DNA of 64,000 bases from Pseudomonadota bacterium (GTDB lineage: Bacteria; Bdellovibrionota; UBA1018; CAIMNF01). Of the stretch, positions 48,709 to 58,038 are shown piece by piece (position 1 is the first letter of the stretch; each line of letters begins with the position of its first letter). Location: positions 123,986-187,985 of the forward strand of contig JAIXOQ010000017.1 of assembly GCA_027486675.1 (NCBI GenBank). Direction: 5' to 3'. A program made the position numbers and the translations under genes. The notes under the pieces were generated by a model. It saw only the letters and a program-made list of their open reading frames with translations. It was not told the origin of the DNA and made no database searches.

Positions 48709-49455
48709 CTAAACGTTTCCGAATCCACCATCGGCAAGGATGTCAGACCCTGCAATATAGCTCGAATCATCGCTTGCTAGAAAGAGCGCTACTTTCGCCA
48801 TCTCTGTAGCGCTACCGAAACGATGTGCGGGAACGATAGACTTCATGTGCTCTGAGAATCCAGCCACTTGATCTGCAGGCATCCCCATTTTTCCATAGAT
48901 TGGCGTCTCAATAGGACCTGGAGACAGGACGTTGAAACGTACATTTTCTACAGGAATCTCTGCAGTCCATGAGCGTGCAAGACTGCGAACAGCTGCTTTT
49001 GTAGCTGCATAAACAGACGCGCCAGCCATGCCTTTTACGCTTACGGTCGAAGCATTTAAAACTACCGTACTTCCTTTGTTGAGCAGCGGAAGAGCCTGAG
49101 CCACAGTAAAATAGAGACCTCGGACGTTCGTATTGAACTGATTGTCAAAGAAATCTTCCGTCACTTCAGCAGTTGGAGTAAACAGAGCGACGCCTGCATT
49201 CGCAAAGAGAACATCTAACCCGCCGTAGGTGGTCTTAATATGTGCATAAAGTGCCGTCAGTTGCTTTGGCTGACTAACGTCGGTTTGAACCACATCAAAC
49301 TGTCCACCGAGCTCTGTTTTGGCGACTTTAAAAGTCTCTGGCGATCTTGCTGTGATAATGACTTGGGCGCCTTCTGCCTTAAACATCTTTGCTGTTGCGA
49401 GCCCAATACCTGAATTTCCACCTGTTACTAATGCGATCTTACCTTTAAGTTTCAT
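48709..49455 (-). CDS. SDR-family oxidoreductase
   Basis: KIALVTGGNSGIGLATA, NAG, YAATKAA motifs. 248 aa. Confidence 0.8.
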   Translation of the reverse strand: MKLKGKIALVTGGNSGIGLATAKMFKAEGAQVIITARSPETFKVAKTELGGQFDVVQTDVSQPKQLTALYAHIKTTYGGLDVLFANAGVALFTPTAEVTEDFFDNQFNTNVRGLYFTVAQALPLLNKGSTVVLNASTVSVKGMAGASVYAATKAAVRSLARSWTAEIPVENVRFNVLSPGPIETPIYGKMGMPADQVAGFSEHMKSIVPAHRFGSATEMAKVALFLASDDSSYIAGSDILADGGFGNV

Positions 49456-49468
49456 GTGTTCTCCTTTT

Positions 49469-49535
49469 TTGAACCGTTTGGTTCAAATTACAGAGAACCA
49501 AAGTGACTGGCAAGTCTTTTTTGAACCATATGGTT
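49469..49535. promoter_or_regulatory. Two palindromic operator-like sites in the SDR/TetR divergent intergenic region
   Basis: TTGAACC-gttt-GGTTCAA at 49469..49486 and the perfect palindrome AACCATATGGTT within 49521..49535. They share GAACC/GGTTC half-sites. Confidence 0.5.
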
Positions 49536-49557
49536 TTTTATGCTAAGCTACATATCT

Positions 49558-50100
49558 ATGGGACGCCCAAAAATCTATGATCGCGATGCTGTGCTTCACG
49601 CGACAACTCAAGCATTTTGGCAAAAGGGCTTAGCCGACACCACTCTGTCCGATATTGAGAAATGCACTGGGGTGAATAAATCAAGCCTCTACACTGAGTT
49701 CTTAGATAAAGACGATATCTTTACAGCCAGCATCGAACACTACATTCAAACCGGGGGAGTGATTGAGCTCTTAACCACGAAGCCCTTGGGAAAAAAGAAT
49801 CTCTTAGAGTTCTTAAAGCTCGGAAAATCATGTTCAGGCCAACGGGGCTGTTTTGTAGCGAACTCTGTACGTGAATTTGCTATCTTACCTGAAAAAGCAA
49901 AAGACATGATTCAGTCGCATTTCAAAAAGATAAAAACACTGCTCACAAAAAACATTCGCGCCACAGAGTTTTCTGGCAATCCTGAAAAATGCACAGATCT
50001 GATCCTGACCTTTAATGCGGGGCTTTGCTTAGAACTCAATGCAACAAAAGAGTCCCAGGAAGAAAAGATTGAAACGTTCGTCTCGTTACTTGGGATTTAG
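49558..50100 (+). CDS. TetR-family transcriptional regulator
   Basis: ORF from 49540; likely start MGRPKIYD. N-terminal TetR HTH (ATTQAFWQKGLADTTLSDIEKCTGVNKSSLYTEF). Confidence 0.8.
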   Translation: MGRPKIYDRDAVLHATTQAFWQKGLADTTLSDIEKCTGVNKSSLYTEFLDKDDIFTASIEHYIQTGGVIELLTTKPLGKKNLLEFLKLGKSCSGQRGCFVANSVREFAILPEKAKDMIQSHFKKIKTLLTKNIRATEFSGNPEKCTDLILTFNAGLCLELNATKESQEEKIETFVSLLGI

Positions 50101-50109
50101 AGTCAGACC

Positions 50110-50625
50110 TCATAAAGTTTTAGCAAATATGACTTTGGAGTCCCCTATTCCATAAAAGTCGGCAATTCTCCCACATTCTTTATAGCCGCTGCGCGGATAG
50201 AATTTCCTGGCTCGCTCGAGCGGGGGCAATGAACTCGTTTCAATCACGATCACTCGCCCTCCTTGGGTCCTAATTTCACTCTCGATCAATGCGAGCATCT
50301 GACGCCCGACTCCTTGGCCGTGGACTTCAGGGTGTGCGCCAATCCACCAAACATCCCAGACGCCGCTCGCATACTGAGATGGGGCGAAATACGACCAGGC
50401 AAGAATATGATCCGTACCCTCTTGCGTTGCTACTTTAATTTGGTGTTGATCTCCGAGCGTACCGGCATGAAAACTCGACAAGGTTGATCCTAAGAGTTCA
50501 GTCACTTCATCGGGCTGAAAGACGCCGGTAGCTTCAGCAAGGTTCATGAGAATCTGAGATTCTGACGGTGTAGGATTCCGGATTAACATAGGTCTGCTAC
50601 TGAGTAGATTTTCACAATGGCCCAT
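50110..50625 (-). CDS. GNAT-family N-acetyltransferase
   Basis: Acetyl-CoA-binding motif region (IGAHPEVHGQGVGRQMLALIESE). 171 aa. Confidence 0.7.
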   Translation of the reverse strand: MGHCENLLSSRPMLIRNPTPSESQILMNLAEATGVFQPDEVTELLGSTLSSFHAGTLGDQHQIKVATQEGTDHILAWSYFAPSQYASGVWDVWWIGAHPEVHGQGVGRQMLALIESEIRTQGGRVIVIETSSLPPLERARKFYPRSGYKECGRIADFYGIGDSKVIFAKTL

Positions 50626-50691
50626 TGGATCACCCGATTGTATGCCAAGGCAGGGTAGAAATCCAATCGTCGGGCCTTCAGATCTTAAAAA

Positions 50692-51300
50692 TCACATCGA
50701 ATCGAGCAATGGTGCCTGGATACTCGACCCAAGTACTGCAAGCGCATTCATCCCAGTTGGAAATCCGCAGTACGCGATTTGATGCCGAAAGAAGCATCGC
50801 AAGCGCTCTGGATCATATCCCCGAATGAGATATGTTCTGATCTCTGCTTCAAGAAGGTGCAACTCCCCTCTTGCCGAATGAGAGAGAATAGCCACTTCTA
50901 TCGCAAGATCCTCAGGACAAGGAGCGGCCGTATCTAGGACCAGCTTTCGGCCCTTATCAAAAAGCTCATGCACACTGTCCTTCAGGGAGCTGTCTTTTTC
51001 GCTTAAGATCTTCAAGATGTGCCCTAACGTTAGGACCGCACCCCCTGTGTTTAAGAACCCTTGCAGATGAATCTGGATTTGCTCTGACTTCTCTGTGGCC
51101 AGCAGGGAAACAATCGTCACAAAACTCTTTTCCGAGACACTCAGCCCCGGCAGCGCCCAAAAGTAGTCATAGGCAATTCTCTGCACCATGTCGTTTAACA
51201 CGGGATCAATTTCTTCCAGCCGCTGATAAACGCTCGCCGCACTTTCCTCACCGTAAAGACTGACCATTTGCGGGGACATTCCATGGTTCATTTGCTGCAT
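50692..51300 (-). CDS. Hypothetical protein, possibly carboxymuconolactone-decarboxylase (AhpD-like) family
   Basis: All-helical 202 aa protein. Weak resemblance to CMD-family proteins. Low confidence. Confidence 0.3.
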   Translation of the reverse strand: MQQMNHGMSPQMVSLYGEESAASVYQRLEEIDPVLNDMVQRIAYDYFWALPGLSVSEKSFVTIVSLLATEKSEQIQIHLQGFLNTGGAVLTLGHILKILSEKDSSLKDSVHELFDKGRKLVLDTAAPCPEDLAIEVAILSHSARGELHLLEAEIRTYLIRGYDPERLRCFFRHQIAYCGFPTGMNALAVLGSSIQAPLLDSM

Positions 51301-51352
51301 TTATCTTAACCCCATTTGTATTATCCTACTTACCATAAAGGCCCCTCCTGCT

Positions 51353-52741
51353 ATGAATTCACCACTCTCCTACACCACGCTTCCCGAAACGCTTTGGGCG
51401 CCCGCAAATGTCCACAAATTTCCTGCTTTAGAATGGGTCATCGGATCATTTGATGGTACTGAACTTCCCCCACGCGAATGGATACGCTTAATTGCGGATA
51501 CAGAAAATTCTTCAAGCATTGCTCAAGCCTACGGAGGACATCAATTTGGGCATTGGAATATATTAGGCGATGGACGAGCGCTTTTATTTCAAGAAATCCA
51601 TGCCAAGAATGGTGACCTCTTTGACATCGGGTTAAAAGGCTCAGGCCGCACACCTCTATCGCGTGGCGGAGACGGCCGTGCGCAGCTGGGCTACATGTTG
51701 AAAGAATTTTTAATCAGCGAGTGGTTTCACGCGATGCGCATTCCGACCACACGATCTTTAGGGGTCCTAACGACGGGTGAAACTGTTCAGCGCGAACGCC
51801 CTGAACCCGGAGCCGTCCTCATCAGAAAAGCCCGAAGCCACATACGAGTCGGCACCTTTCAGTTTGCTGCTGCAAAGGGTGGCGCGTCGTTAGTGAAAGA
51901 GCTACTTCAGTTCACGGGTGTTCGCCACTTGAGGAACAAGGATGTATCTGCCTTAGACCTGTTAAGAAAGACGGTAGAATCACAGGCGAAGTTGATCGCT
52001 GTTTGGATGAGTATTGGATTTATTCACGGTGTGATGAACACCGACAATATGACCATCAGCGGGGAAACCATCGACTTCGGCCCTTGCGCATTTCAGGATG
52101 AATTCCACTTTGACCAGGTCTATAGCCAGATCGATCAAAACGGGCGTTATGCCTATGAAAACCAACCCCACATAGCACTTTGGAATCTGTACCGCCTGGC
52201 AGAAGCCCTACTCCCGCTCATCGATGGCGACCAGGACCATGCGCGTCAAAAGGCCAAAGAGGCTTTAGATCAATTCAATACGATTTATGATTCAGAGTGG
52301 CTTCGATTGTTTCAATCAAAGCTTGGGATCAGTCCTGCGCATTCGGACACAGACGACTGCACTTTAGCCAAGGATTTTTTATCAGAGATGGAGTCTAATA
52401 GCGCAGACTTCACAAATTCGTTTCTAGCGCTTGAGGACCTTGTACTGGGCCAAGGCCCTGGCCCAAAAGTCAGCACTGCGTGGACCACGCGGTGGCTTGC
52501 GCGCACGAGCAAAAAACCAGACACATTGACGCGCTTGCAAAGCTCTAACCCTCGCATTATCCCGCGCACGCACTTCATCAAACAAGCGATCGATGCAGTT
52601 CTAGCTGGAGATAGAAAGATGCTTACGGATTTCCACGCGGCAATCACTCATCCCATGGTTGAACTCACCCAAGACGGGGCGGGCTTTAAAAACCCCCCAC
52701 TCCCGCATGAGAAAGTCCCCTACACGACTTGTGGGACTTAA
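51353..52741 (+). CDS. selO: Protein adenylyltransferase SelO (YdiU/UPF0061 family)
   Basis: Conserved SelO segments (GGHQFGHWN, LGDGRALL, EWFHAMRIPTTRSLGVLTTGE, DFGPCAF). 462 aa. Confidence 0.75.
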   Translation: MNSPLSYTTLPETLWAPANVHKFPALEWVIGSFDGTELPPREWIRLIADTENSSSIAQAYGGHQFGHWNILGDGRALLFQEIHAKNGDLFDIGLKGSGRTPLSRGGDGRAQLGYMLKEFLISEWFHAMRIPTTRSLGVLTTGETVQRERPEPGAVLIRKARSHIRVGTFQFAAAKGGASLVKELLQFTGVRHLRNKDVSALDLLRKTVESQAKLIAVWMSIGFIHGVMNTDNMTISGETIDFGPCAFQDEFHFDQVYSQIDQNGRYAYENQPHIALWNLYRLAEALLPLIDGDQDHARQKAKEALDQFNTIYDSEWLRLFQSKLGISPAHSDTDDCTLAKDFLSEMESNSADFTNSFLALEDLVLGQGPGPKVSTAWTTRWLARTSKKPDTLTRLQSSNPRIIPRTHFIKQAIDAVLAGDRKMLTDFHAAITHPMVELTQDGAGFKNPPLPHEKVPYTTCGT

Positions 52742-52769
52742 GTACTCAAAGCTCTTACGGTCGTGTAAC

Positions 52770-53468
52770 ATGCCCCTGATGAATGCATCCACTGAGGCCA
52801 CGCATCCAAATCTTTCTCAAGCCGAAACAATGGAAGGGGTCCTGTTTGCACGACAGAAAAGCTGGGAAGCACTTGATCTGATCAAACCTAAAATCCTCGT
52901 TGAAGGCATCTCCGAGGTGGAAGCGCGGAAGATCATCATTCAATCCTTCTTAGAACTTGGAGTGAAAACACATTGGCATCAGCCTTATGTCAGATTTGGC
53001 ATCGGCACGAAGTCCACCTATGCAGATCCCTTAAGCGACGATCACAGGCTAAAAAAGAATGACCCAGTCTACATTGATATTGGTCCCGTCTGGAGTCACG
53101 AAAGAACGGGGGTTAAATTTGAGGGCGACGTTGGAGACTCTTTTGTATTTGGTGAAAATGAAATTGCCGAGCACTGTGGACAAACTGTGCGGCAACTTTT
53201 TTCGGAAACAAAATCTTCCTGGCGCAATAACCAATGGACTGGGCCAGAAATATACGAGTACTTAAAAAATCGCTCTCGAAGCTTAGGCTATTCTTTGCTG
53301 GTTGATGTCGACGGTCACAGAATCGGAGACTTCCCTCACCATAGATATTCAAAAGAAGGCATTCCAAATCTTCACTTCCATCCATCCGCACACCTCTGGA
53401 TCTTAGAGATTCAAATCGTTCACGATGAACTTCCGATCGGTGCCTTTTTTGAAGATCTTCTATTTTGA
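52770..53468 (+). CDS. Hypothetical protein with M24 (pita-bread) peptidase-like motif pattern
   Basis: ORF from 52659 overlaps selO. The internal Met start (MPLMNAS) is more plausible. Spacing of VYIDIGPVW ... EGDVGDSFVFG ... DGHRIGDFPH ... WILEIQI is reminiscent of the M24 metal-site pattern. Confidence 0.3.
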   Translation: MPLMNASTEATHPNLSQAETMEGVLFARQKSWEALDLIKPKILVEGISEVEARKIIIQSFLELGVKTHWHQPYVRFGIGTKSTYADPLSDDHRLKKNDPVYIDIGPVWSHERTGVKFEGDVGDSFVFGENEIAEHCGQTVRQLFSETKSSWRNNQWTGPEIYEYLKNRSRSLGYSLLVDVDGHRIGDFPHHRYSKEGIPNLHFHPSAHLWILEIQIVHDELPIGAFFEDLLF

Positions 53469-53470
53469 CG

Positions 53471-54304
53471 TCACTCCTGGTCCACGACTCGGATCGCATC
53501 GATGATTAAATCGGGGCGTTTCCAGGGCACAAAATGATTGAGACCGTGGACACGAATGACTTTTAAAATCGTCTTTGGTTCCAGATGCTTCACTAGGAAA
53601 TCCTGATTCTGAGGCGGAACAAGGTCATCCTCTTCACCTTGAATCAACACACTCCGAGCCTGAATGCTCTTCCAGTCTGGAAGGATGGATTTAAGCTCCC
53701 CTTTGAGAGGAAGAATCTCTTCATTGCAGACGCGCAGAGCGGATGGAATCAGAACTCGAATCGGCCACCACTGCGCGGGATACTGAAACCACTTGGTCGT
53801 CTCTAAGTCTGGGTCAACAGAACTTGCAACAAAGACCAGGCCGGTTGCTCGATGTGGCGCATCCATCGCGGCTTTTGCGATCACTGGACCACCAAAGGAA
53901 TGGCCAACCAAGATCGCGGGCTTATCACTCTGATTGACCTGGAGCACTTCCAGCACATCAGCCGCCTGCGCTTTCAGCGAAGGCACAGCAATACCGGGAC
54001 GACTCTCTCCGTAGCCAGGTCTATCGATCGCAATCAGATGAAAATCTTTTTGAAGCTCTGGATTCAGTAAGAAATGACTCCAGCCCTCCCACGAACCTGG
54101 GGATCCATGAACAAAGACGACGGGGCGTTTCTTAGGGTCACCGCTCCACGCGTAACCCAGGGTCCCATGTCTGCCTACAATCTTTTGGATCTGATCTTTG
54201 TGCTCCGCCTTAAAGCGTTTGATGTCCGAATCTACTGCGACAGTCGGATTAGCACAACCGCTCAGGACCCCAGCAAGAAAAAAGAGACTCCGCAAAACGC
54301 GCAT
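53471..54304 (-). CDS. Alpha/beta hydrolase, secreted
   Basis: Signal peptide. HG oxyanion (VVFVHGSPGSW). Nucleophile elbow GHSFGG. Confidence 0.7.
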   Translation of the reverse strand: MRVLRSLFFLAGVLSGCANPTVAVDSDIKRFKAEHKDQIQKIVGRHGTLGYAWSGDPKKRPVVFVHGSPGSWEGWSHFLLNPELQKDFHLIAIDRPGYGESRPGIAVPSLKAQAADVLEVLQVNQSDKPAILVGHSFGGPVIAKAAMDAPHRATGLVFVASSVDPDLETTKWFQYPAQWWPIRVLIPSALRVCNEEILPLKGELKSILPDWKSIQARSVLIQGEEDDLVPPQNQDFLVKHLEPKTILKVIRVHGLNHFVPWKRPDLIIDAIRVVDQE

Positions 54305-54406
54305 ACTTATTGATACGCTGTATTCGTTCTTCTCAACAGAAGCTTAGGGATACTTCTTGTTGCACCTGGATGAAAGCGGTCTGAATAAGTGATATAAATC
54401 AGAGCA

Positions 54407-54748
54407 ATGAAGCCATTCAAAGTACTCCTAGTCCTCCAGACCATTGTCATTCTTGGATACACCCTAGCCGTTGGGACAAACCACGGATGGAATCTTTTTG
54501 AGATCTTTTTTTCAGATATACTGGCACTCAATTGGCCGGGACAGTTCAACCTCGACTTCACCTTCATGCTCATGCTTTCTGCACTTTGGACCGGATGGCG
54601 AAACAGATTTTCGCCTCAGGGGCTAACACTCAGTGTGATTGCCTTTGTCGCAGGGATTAGCTTTCTGGCTCCCTATCTCCTCGTGCTCACTTTCAAACAC
54701 AAAGGAGATGTCCAGAAGGTCTTGCTTGGCATGAGAAGTGTGACCTAA
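54407..54748 (+). CDS. Small integral membrane protein
   Basis: 113 aa with four hydrophobic helices. No family assigned. Confidence 0.4.
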   Translation: MKPFKVLLVLQTIVILGYTLAVGTNHGWNLFEIFFSDILALNWPGQFNLDFTFMLMLSALWTGWRNRFSPQGLTLSVIAFVAGISFLAPYLLVLTFKHKGDVQKVLLGMRSVT

Positions 54749-54800
54749 TCGTTTGCGGCACTGGGCCTCATGTTCTCCACTTGGACAAACAGGAATAGGT

Positions 54801-56474
54801 CTATTCTTCTTGAAACTCTGCCTTATTCCAAATGCTCTCTAGCCCCGTCCCTACACCCATGTCATAGCGTGACGATGGTTTAAATAAGTGCTCCCCTTGA
54901 AAAGTCGCTTTACAGTCTTCAAAGGTTATTAGAATTAGGCGACCTGTTTTTTGAGAGCGGGTGAAGCTTGTCACCACTCCTTCTACGATTACTCCAGATT
55001 GAAATTCAAGTTTAACCCTCTCACCTGGCACGATTCCCTTGTCGCCGAGTTGTGAATCTGACAGTTCCTCAAGCAGACTTCGGTCCCGCAGCCGTCCTAC
55101 CGGGGTTCCATAACCGCCGACATGCTGCTCAAATCCTTGTCCTGGAATAAACTCTTTCCTATCCAAAAGTCTGCTCGGGCCAATGGTTTGCACATATGCG
55201 GGGTTTCCATACTTATCGGCAATCGCCCGAAAGAGTGTACCTTCGATCTCAAGGCCTGATGTCATCACTAAGACCACCGGAAGATTGAAGAATTCAACCA
55301 GGGGTAATTCCACTTTAGGACGCACTACTCCTAGACCAATGGTTTCTAGGAACTGGGCGCGAGCGCCTATAGAGAATGACTCTTCTATAAATCGCTCAAG
55401 CAGGGCAACAGACGCCTGATGTCGCTGATGCAAGGTCTTTGAAAGGTCAGCCCACAATTGCTTTTCGCTCATTGTCCCGGTCATCCTAAATGAAGTAGAA
55501 GCGGCATTCATAGCTGCATAGAGAACATTTACACTGTACTGGCGAATGCGTTTTCCAAGATCTTCTTGCTCAAACCGCGATCTATTTTGCCTCTGCAGTA
55601 ACGTTGCAACATCCCTTTCAAGCACCCAGTACTCCGCAAGAGCAACGCGTGCAAGATCGATCTTCGATAAACCTCCGAGCCCCTCAGTGCGGATCCTTTT
55701 CATTTGAACTTCGAAGGACGCGGAGCTTACCGGAGTCAGGGTTTGCGCTCCATCGACTTTCATATGCTTTGCCCAATCACTTAAGGATTGAAGCACCCTG
55801 CCGTAAGACTTCAAAGATAGATGTTCTTCAATAGCTGAACTGAAGAAACGTGGATATAAAGTGAGCGGAATCATTCCGAAGAATCCCGCACCAAAGAGCC
55901 ACTCGGCCACCGCGCCCAAAGCAATGGATGCACCTACGACGACGACGAACGGCTTATCTACATGGCTCGGCCAGTTCGAGACGATTGTTTTCAATTCTTC
56001 TTCCGGCAAAGCAAGCACGCTGATGGAAGCGATAGCGATAGTCCCTTCAATGAAGCCGTAACCAGATTCATGCTGTATTGCTGCCCGCCAGGCCTGCAAT
56101 TCCCCCTGCATTGGCCATTTAAGTGAAGCCTCGACGCCATCCCAAAGTCTTTCAACGCTATTGAGTGTTTGGACAACGACGCGACGCCAATGTTTTGATT
56201 CTTTCCACTTCGTCACCCAATCAAGCCCAGACTTTTTGCCGACCAACTCACGCGCAAAGGCAAGACGCATCTCAGTCGGCATGGCCTCTACAACCGACAG
56301 CCATTTCATCGCTGTGCCAGTCTCATTTAAAATTTCACTGAAGTAGGAAGACGCACCCTCTGATGAAAAACTACAGATGCGCTGAACCCTTTGGGACTGT
56401 CTTGGATGATTATCCGCAAAGGCACGAGGATGAACGCTTAAAAAAATCGCCGCAACAATCAGCAATAATCGCAT
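54801..56474 (-). CDS. Hypothetical secreted protein (557 aa)
   Basis: Signal peptide (LLIVAAIFLSVHPRAFA). No confidently recognised domain. Confidence 0.4.
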   Translation of the reverse strand: MRLLLIVAAIFLSVHPRAFADNHPRQSQRVQRICSFSSEGASSYFSEILNETGTAMKWLSVVEAMPTEMRLAFARELVGKKSGLDWVTKWKESKHWRRVVVQTLNSVERLWDGVEASLKWPMQGELQAWRAAIQHESGYGFIEGTIAIASISVLALPEEELKTIVSNWPSHVDKPFVVVVGASIALGAVAEWLFGAGFFGMIPLTLYPRFFSSAIEEHLSLKSYGRVLQSLSDWAKHMKVDGAQTLTPVSSASFEVQMKRIRTEGLGGLSKIDLARVALAEYWVLERDVATLLQRQNRSRFEQEDLGKRIRQYSVNVLYAAMNAASTSFRMTGTMSEKQLWADLSKTLHQRHQASVALLERFIEESFSIGARAQFLETIGLGVVRPKVELPLVEFFNLPVVLVMTSGLEIEGTLFRAIADKYGNPAYVQTIGPSRLLDRKEFIPGQGFEQHVGGYGTPVGRLRDRSLLEELSDSQLGDKGIVPGERVKLEFQSGVIVEGVVTSFTRSQKTGRLILITFEDCKATFQGEHLFKPSSRYDMGVGTGLESIWNKAEFQEE

Positions 56475-56595
56475 CTTGCGTATTCAATCATTTTCAGACA
56501 AAAACTGTCAATCAACGAGATCAGAGGACATGAGGGCCCTGCCCCGTCCTTTTTCTTTGGCAGAACCTCCCCACTAGCATAAAACTGCCACCACG

Positions 56596-57963
56596 ATGAC
56601 CGTAAAAATCTATCTGATAAGACTTCAGTGCATCGCTCTGACCTTCCTCTGTGCATCATCGATAGCACTCTCGGCAGCTGCGGCCTCTCCCTTCAAATGG
56701 TGCGTCGCAACAGCAGGCCATCAGATTGAAGGCGAAAACTTTGATAGCGATTGGTGGGCCTTTGAACAAAAACCAGGAACTATCGCACGTAAAGAAAACT
56801 CCTCTTGTGCAGCAGATTCCTGGAATCGCCTCACTCGCGACCTCGACAACCTTCGCTATTTGGGTGTGAACATGTACCGGTTTTCTATCGAATGGAGCCG
56901 TATCGAGCCGAGACCCAACCAATATGACGAGGCCGCTATCTTCAGGTATCAGGAATTTATCAGGGACTTAGAGGCCTCAGGCATCGAGCCGATGATCACC
57001 CTTTCGCACTTCACGATTCCAAATTGGTTCCGCAAGCTTGGTGCCTGGGAACATCCACTAGCTGCAGCCCGATTCGCCCGTTTTGCTAAACTGGTACGCT
57101 CGCGAATCGCTCCGATGGCGACTTACTTCATCACCTTTAATGAACCTATGGTCCATGCCATAGGGGGATATTTCTCAGGCAGTGTGCCTCCGCAAGAAAA
57201 GCGGAAATTAGCGGGAGTTGCGCCCGTGCTGCGCGGAATGCTCCTCGCTCATGCTGCAGCCTACCGTGAACTTCACTCGCTCGATAAAGAATTAAAAAAA
57301 GTCAGCAGTATTGGTGTCGCTCAACACATCCGTCCTATGCGTGGGACGTCTGAGCTTCCTTTGAATAATTACCTAGCGAAGAAGCTAGAACAGGCGTGGA
57401 GCTGGGCTTGGATCGATGCTGTTGAAACCGGGTGGCTTCGGATTGAAGTCCCGACTCAAGCATCGCTGAAAGAAGCGCTCAAGGGCGTCGCTGGCACACA
57501 AGACTTTGCAGGCATCAATTACTACACCGTAAGCGAAATTAGCGCCTCAGATCTTTTTCAATCAAGCCGCCACCCAGACTCAATCCGCAATGACCTCTAC
57601 GATCCTCATGCCTGGAAATCCCGTCCAGACGGACTGGTCTCTGCAGTGACGCAATATGATCAAAAGGTAAAGAAGGCCCGTGGACACTCGATCCCAATCT
57701 TCATCACTGAAAATGGTGTCGCTGATGCGGCAGATAGAAAACGGCAAAAGTTTCTGTTAGATCATCTCAACGTAGTTGAGGCACTCCGAAAATTTAAACT
57801 ACCCATCCAAGGTTATTGTCACTGGAGTTTGATGGATAACTTCGAGTGGATTCACGGCTATGAACCCAGGTTTGGTTTGTTTGAGACGGACTTTTTAACA
57901 TTTCAAACCACGCCTCGCCCGAGCGCCAAGCTATATAGAGACTGGATCCAGGGACATCAGTGA
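56596..57963 (+). CDS. Glycoside hydrolase family 1 (beta-glucosidase/beta-galactosidase), secreted
   Basis: Signal peptide. GH1 acid/base (FITFNEPMV) and nucleophile (IFITENG) motifs, plus the N-terminal FKWCVATAGHQIEG signature. Confidence 0.85.
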   Translation: MTVKIYLIRLQCIALTFLCASSIALSAAAASPFKWCVATAGHQIEGENFDSDWWAFEQKPGTIARKENSSCAADSWNRLTRDLDNLRYLGVNMYRFSIEWSRIEPRPNQYDEAAIFRYQEFIRDLEASGIEPMITLSHFTIPNWFRKLGAWEHPLAAARFARFAKLVRSRIAPMATYFITFNEPMVHAIGGYFSGSVPPQEKRKLAGVAPVLRGMLLAHAAAYRELHSLDKELKKVSSIGVAQHIRPMRGTSELPLNNYLAKKLEQAWSWAWIDAVETGWLRIEVPTQASLKEALKGVAGTQDFAGINYYTVSEISASDLFQSSRHPDSIRNDLYDPHAWKSRPDGLVSAVTQYDQKVKKARGHSIPIFITENGVADAADRKRQKFLLDHLNVVEALRKFKLPIQGYCHWSLMDNFEWIHGYEPRFGLFETDFLTFQTTPRPSAKLYRDWIQGHQ

Positions 57964-58038
57964 GGGGCGCTGCCCTGACCAAGGCGTAAGAACATTATTT
58001 TGTACTCTTTTAGTCTGGATTAGATTAGTTTCCAACCC

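Noticed and set aside
52659-52769. Start of ORF 52659..53468 overlapping the 3' end of selO by about 80 bp
   Set aside because: Arg/Lys-rich, unstructured translation. The internal Met at 52770 removes the overlap.
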